A stretch of DNA of 32,000 nt, taken from contig NC_007205.1 in NCBI RefSeq assembly GCF_000012345.1, positions 90,001 to 122,000 on the forward strand, read 5' to 3'. The translations under genes were made by a program, and so were the position numbers. The DNA comes from Candidatus Pelagibacter ubique HTCC1062 (GTDB taxonomy: Bacteria > Pseudomonadota > Alphaproteobacteria > Pelagibacterales > Pelagibacteraceae). Shown piece after piece: positions 30,199-32,000 of the stretch (positions are counted from its first letter, which is position 1; each line of letters begins with the position of its first letter). The notes beneath the pieces were generated by a model. It searched no databases. It saw only the letters and a program-made list of their open reading frames with translations, and was not told where the DNA came from.

Positions 30199-30215
30199 TA
30201 ATTGTTTTATAGAAA

Positions 30216-31286
30216 ATGGAAAACAATTTTAAAAATAAGATTATTAATGGTGACAGCCTTGAAGAATTAAAAAAAATTCCAAGCGAAACATTTGATCTTG
30301 TTTTTGCTGATCCACCATACAATTTACAATTAAAAAATTCCCTTACAAGACCAGATAGAAGCAAAGTCAATGCTGTTAATGATAAATGGGATCATTTTGA
30401 AAGCTTTAAAAAGTATGACGAGTTTACAGTTGCTTGGCTTTCTGAATGTAAAAGAATATTAAAAAAAGATGGAGCTATATGGGTCATTGGAAGTTATCAT
30501 AATATTTTTAGAGTAGGCACTGCAATACAAAACTTAGGTTTTTGGATTTTAAATGATGTTATCTGGAATAAGAATAACCCAATGCCTAATTTTAGAGGAA
30601 CAAGATTTACTAATGCTCATGAAACTTTAATTTGGGCATCTAAAAGTGAGAAGTCAAAATATACTTTTAACTACCAATCTTTGAAATGTTTAAATGATGA
30701 CCTTCAAATGAGATCTGATTGGAATTTACCTATTTGTAATGGCGCAGAAAGACTTAAGAAAAATGGTAAAAAAGTTCACTCTACTCAAAAACCTGAATCT
30801 TTATTGCATAGAGTTTTATTAGCATCATCAAATAAAGGAGACATGATTTTAGATCCATTCTTAGGGTCTGGAACAACTGCAACAGTTGCTAAAAAACTTG
30901 GTAGAAAATATTATGGTATAGAAAAAGAGAAAGTCTATTTTAAAGCAGCAGAAGAAAGGTTAAAAAATACAAAACCTTTGGAGGATAATTTCTTAGACAC
31001 TTTAAAAAATAATAGATCTAAACCTAGAATACCTTTTGGATCACTGGTAGAGCTTGGAATAATAAAGCCTGGAACAAGTATTTTTGATCAAAAGAAAAAA
31101 ATAGTTGCTAAGATTATGGCAGATGGAAGTATCAAACATAATCAAGCTGAAGGATCAATTCATAAGGTTGCTGCAACGATACTTGGCTCAGAAAGCTGTA
31201 ATGGATGGACTTATTGGCATTGCACAGTAAATGGTGTTTCTGTGCCAATTGATAATTTAAGACAAAGATTAATTTCTAAAAATTAG
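30216..31286 (+). CDS. ccrM: Cell-cycle-regulated DNA adenine methyltransferase CcrM (beta-class N6-MTase, GANTC-specific by homology)
   Basis: 356 aa. N-terminal catalytic DPPY (FADPPYNL), C-terminal SAM motif DPFLGSGTTA, HSTQKPE block, and a non-catalytic C-terminal domain of about 80 aa as in Caulobacter CcrM. Confidence 0.9.
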   Translation: MENNFKNKIINGDSLEELKKIPSETFDLVFADPPYNLQLKNSLTRPDRSKVNAVNDKWDHFESFKKYDEFTVAWLSECKRILKKDGAIWVIGSYHNIFRVGTAIQNLGFWILNDVIWNKNNPMPNFRGTRFTNAHETLIWASKSEKSKYTFNYQSLKCLNDDLQMRSDWNLPICNGAERLKKNGKKVHSTQKPESLLHRVLLASSNKGDMILDPFLGSGTTATVAKKLGRKYYGIEKEKVYFKAAEERLKNTKPLEDNFLDTLKNNRSKPRIPFGSLVELGIIKPGTSIFDQKKKIVAKIMADGSIKHNQAEGSIHKVAATILGSESCNGWTYWHCTVNGVSVPIDNLRQRLISKN

Positions 31287-32000
31287 TCTTTATAAATTTT
31301 ACCAAGATAGCTGTTAATAAATTTTTCATTTTTAACTAATTTTTGCATTATTAAGTTTCTAATCCAAATTATTAATGGATTGGATAAATGAAAAGCAAAA
31401 TAATTAAGTTTTGATTTCATATTAATCATCCTTACTCTTTTAATTCTTTCAGAGTTAAATTGAGTTTTTTCATTTTCTAAATTTTTATAAAGTTCATGAG
31501 CAACCTCTATTGATTGAGAGGCACCTTGAGCAAAAGTTGGGGGTAAAGCAAAAAAGGCATCTCCAATAATAAAGGTATCTTTATTTTTTGGTTCATTGAC
31601 ATCGGAACTCACAAATATTGGAAAACATTTAATACTTTTTAGATTGTTTATTGTTTCGGTGGGTACTTGCTTTGATATTTCAGACATAATAGATGCAGCA
31701 AAATCCTTGTTCTCAAATAAAGAATAATCAGACAACTCTTTAGTGCTAAGCTTTTTTCTAAAAATGGTAATAAAATTAAACTGTCCTTTACTATTAACTG
31801 GATAAAGAACTGAGTGTAAATTAGACCCTAAAAACAAAGATATATTATCTGGGTTAATGCCCTTAAGGGCATCCTGGTCAATTGTTGCTCTTAAGGCAAT
31901 AGAGTTAAAATACTTTGGCTTAGTTTCTTTATTGGCAATTAATGATTTTGTTTTTGAAAAAGTTCCATCGGAGATAATTAAGTAATCACATTTAACAGAT
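31283..32000 (-). CDS. FAD-dependent monooxygenase (UbiH/salicylate hydroxylase-like), partial; N-terminus outside the window
   Basis: The track ORF starts at an internal TTG (31837), but the frame stays open to the window end: ...SVKCDYLIISDGTFSKTKSLI... (DG-x-x-S motif). Downstream lies IGDAFFALPPTFAQGASQSIEVAHEL (GD-x6-P-x2-GQG FAD motif). Confidence 0.75.
   Translation of the reverse strand, partial: SVKCDYLIISDGTFSKTKSLIANKETKPKYFNSIALRATIDQDALKGINPDNISLFLGSNLHSVLYPVNSKGQFNFITIFRKKLSTKELSDYSLFENKDFAASIMSEISKQVPTETINNLKSIKCFPIFVSSDVNEPKNKDTFIIGDAFFALPPTFAQGASQSIEVAHELYKNLENEKTQFNSERIKRVRMINMKSKLNYFAFHLSNPLIIWIRNLIMQKLVKNEKFINSYLGKIYKD

Noticed and set aside
30095-30215. Looked for a CtrA box (TTAA-N7-TTAA) in the ccrM upstream region
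   Set aside because: TTAA occurs at 30127 and 30158, but these are 31 bp apart and neither has a partner at N7 spacing. No CtrA site can be claimed.

Overview
The window looks like a densely packed core-genome segment of a low-GC (about 30% by eye), streamlined marine alphaproteobacterium, most consistent with SAR11 / Candidatus Pelagibacter. That assignment is inferred from composition, alphaproteobacterial marker genes and synteny (ccrM, petABC, ELM1-like, lgt-midA-pgeF, TPR-ispE) and extreme compaction. I call 36 protein-coding genes, two of them truncated by the window edges, plus one tRNA-Gln(UUG). Using my gene calls, only about 580 bp (about 1.8%) is non-coding. Gene content is housekeeping: trxB, aspartate aminotransferase, uvrB / SDR / folB / uvrC / pgsA, ilvE, a MarR + OmpR-type response regulator + EnvZ-like kinase operon, lgt / midA / pgeF / prs / rplY / pth / ychF, the cytochrome bc1 operon petABC, trmL / hemF / greA, cca, ispE, a TPR protein, a family-4-like UDG, rnhB and ccrM. 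I see no mobile element, CRISPR array, toxin-antitoxin or defence island, or compositional island, and so no support for a novel multi-gene system here. What merits a second look is local. (1) pgeF has a complete catalytic N-terminus but no in-frame ATG/GTG/TTG, and it sits on a GGGG-UUU-UAA-A junction. (2) A tRNA-Gln gene with encoded CCA ends 3 nt before the start codon of the CCA-adding enzyme gene; the six-frame track hides it inside a spurious ORF extension. (3) Three GANTC sites lie within 49 bp directly upstream of ccrM. (4) The UDG family-4-like protein has a single cysteine and NPS in place of the motif-B HPS/HPA. (5) A PetP/PetR-like MarR-RR-HK operon lies about 6 kb from petABC. (6) All six convergent gene pairs overlap at their 3' ends. 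All product calls rest on motif recognition by eye and need database confirmation.
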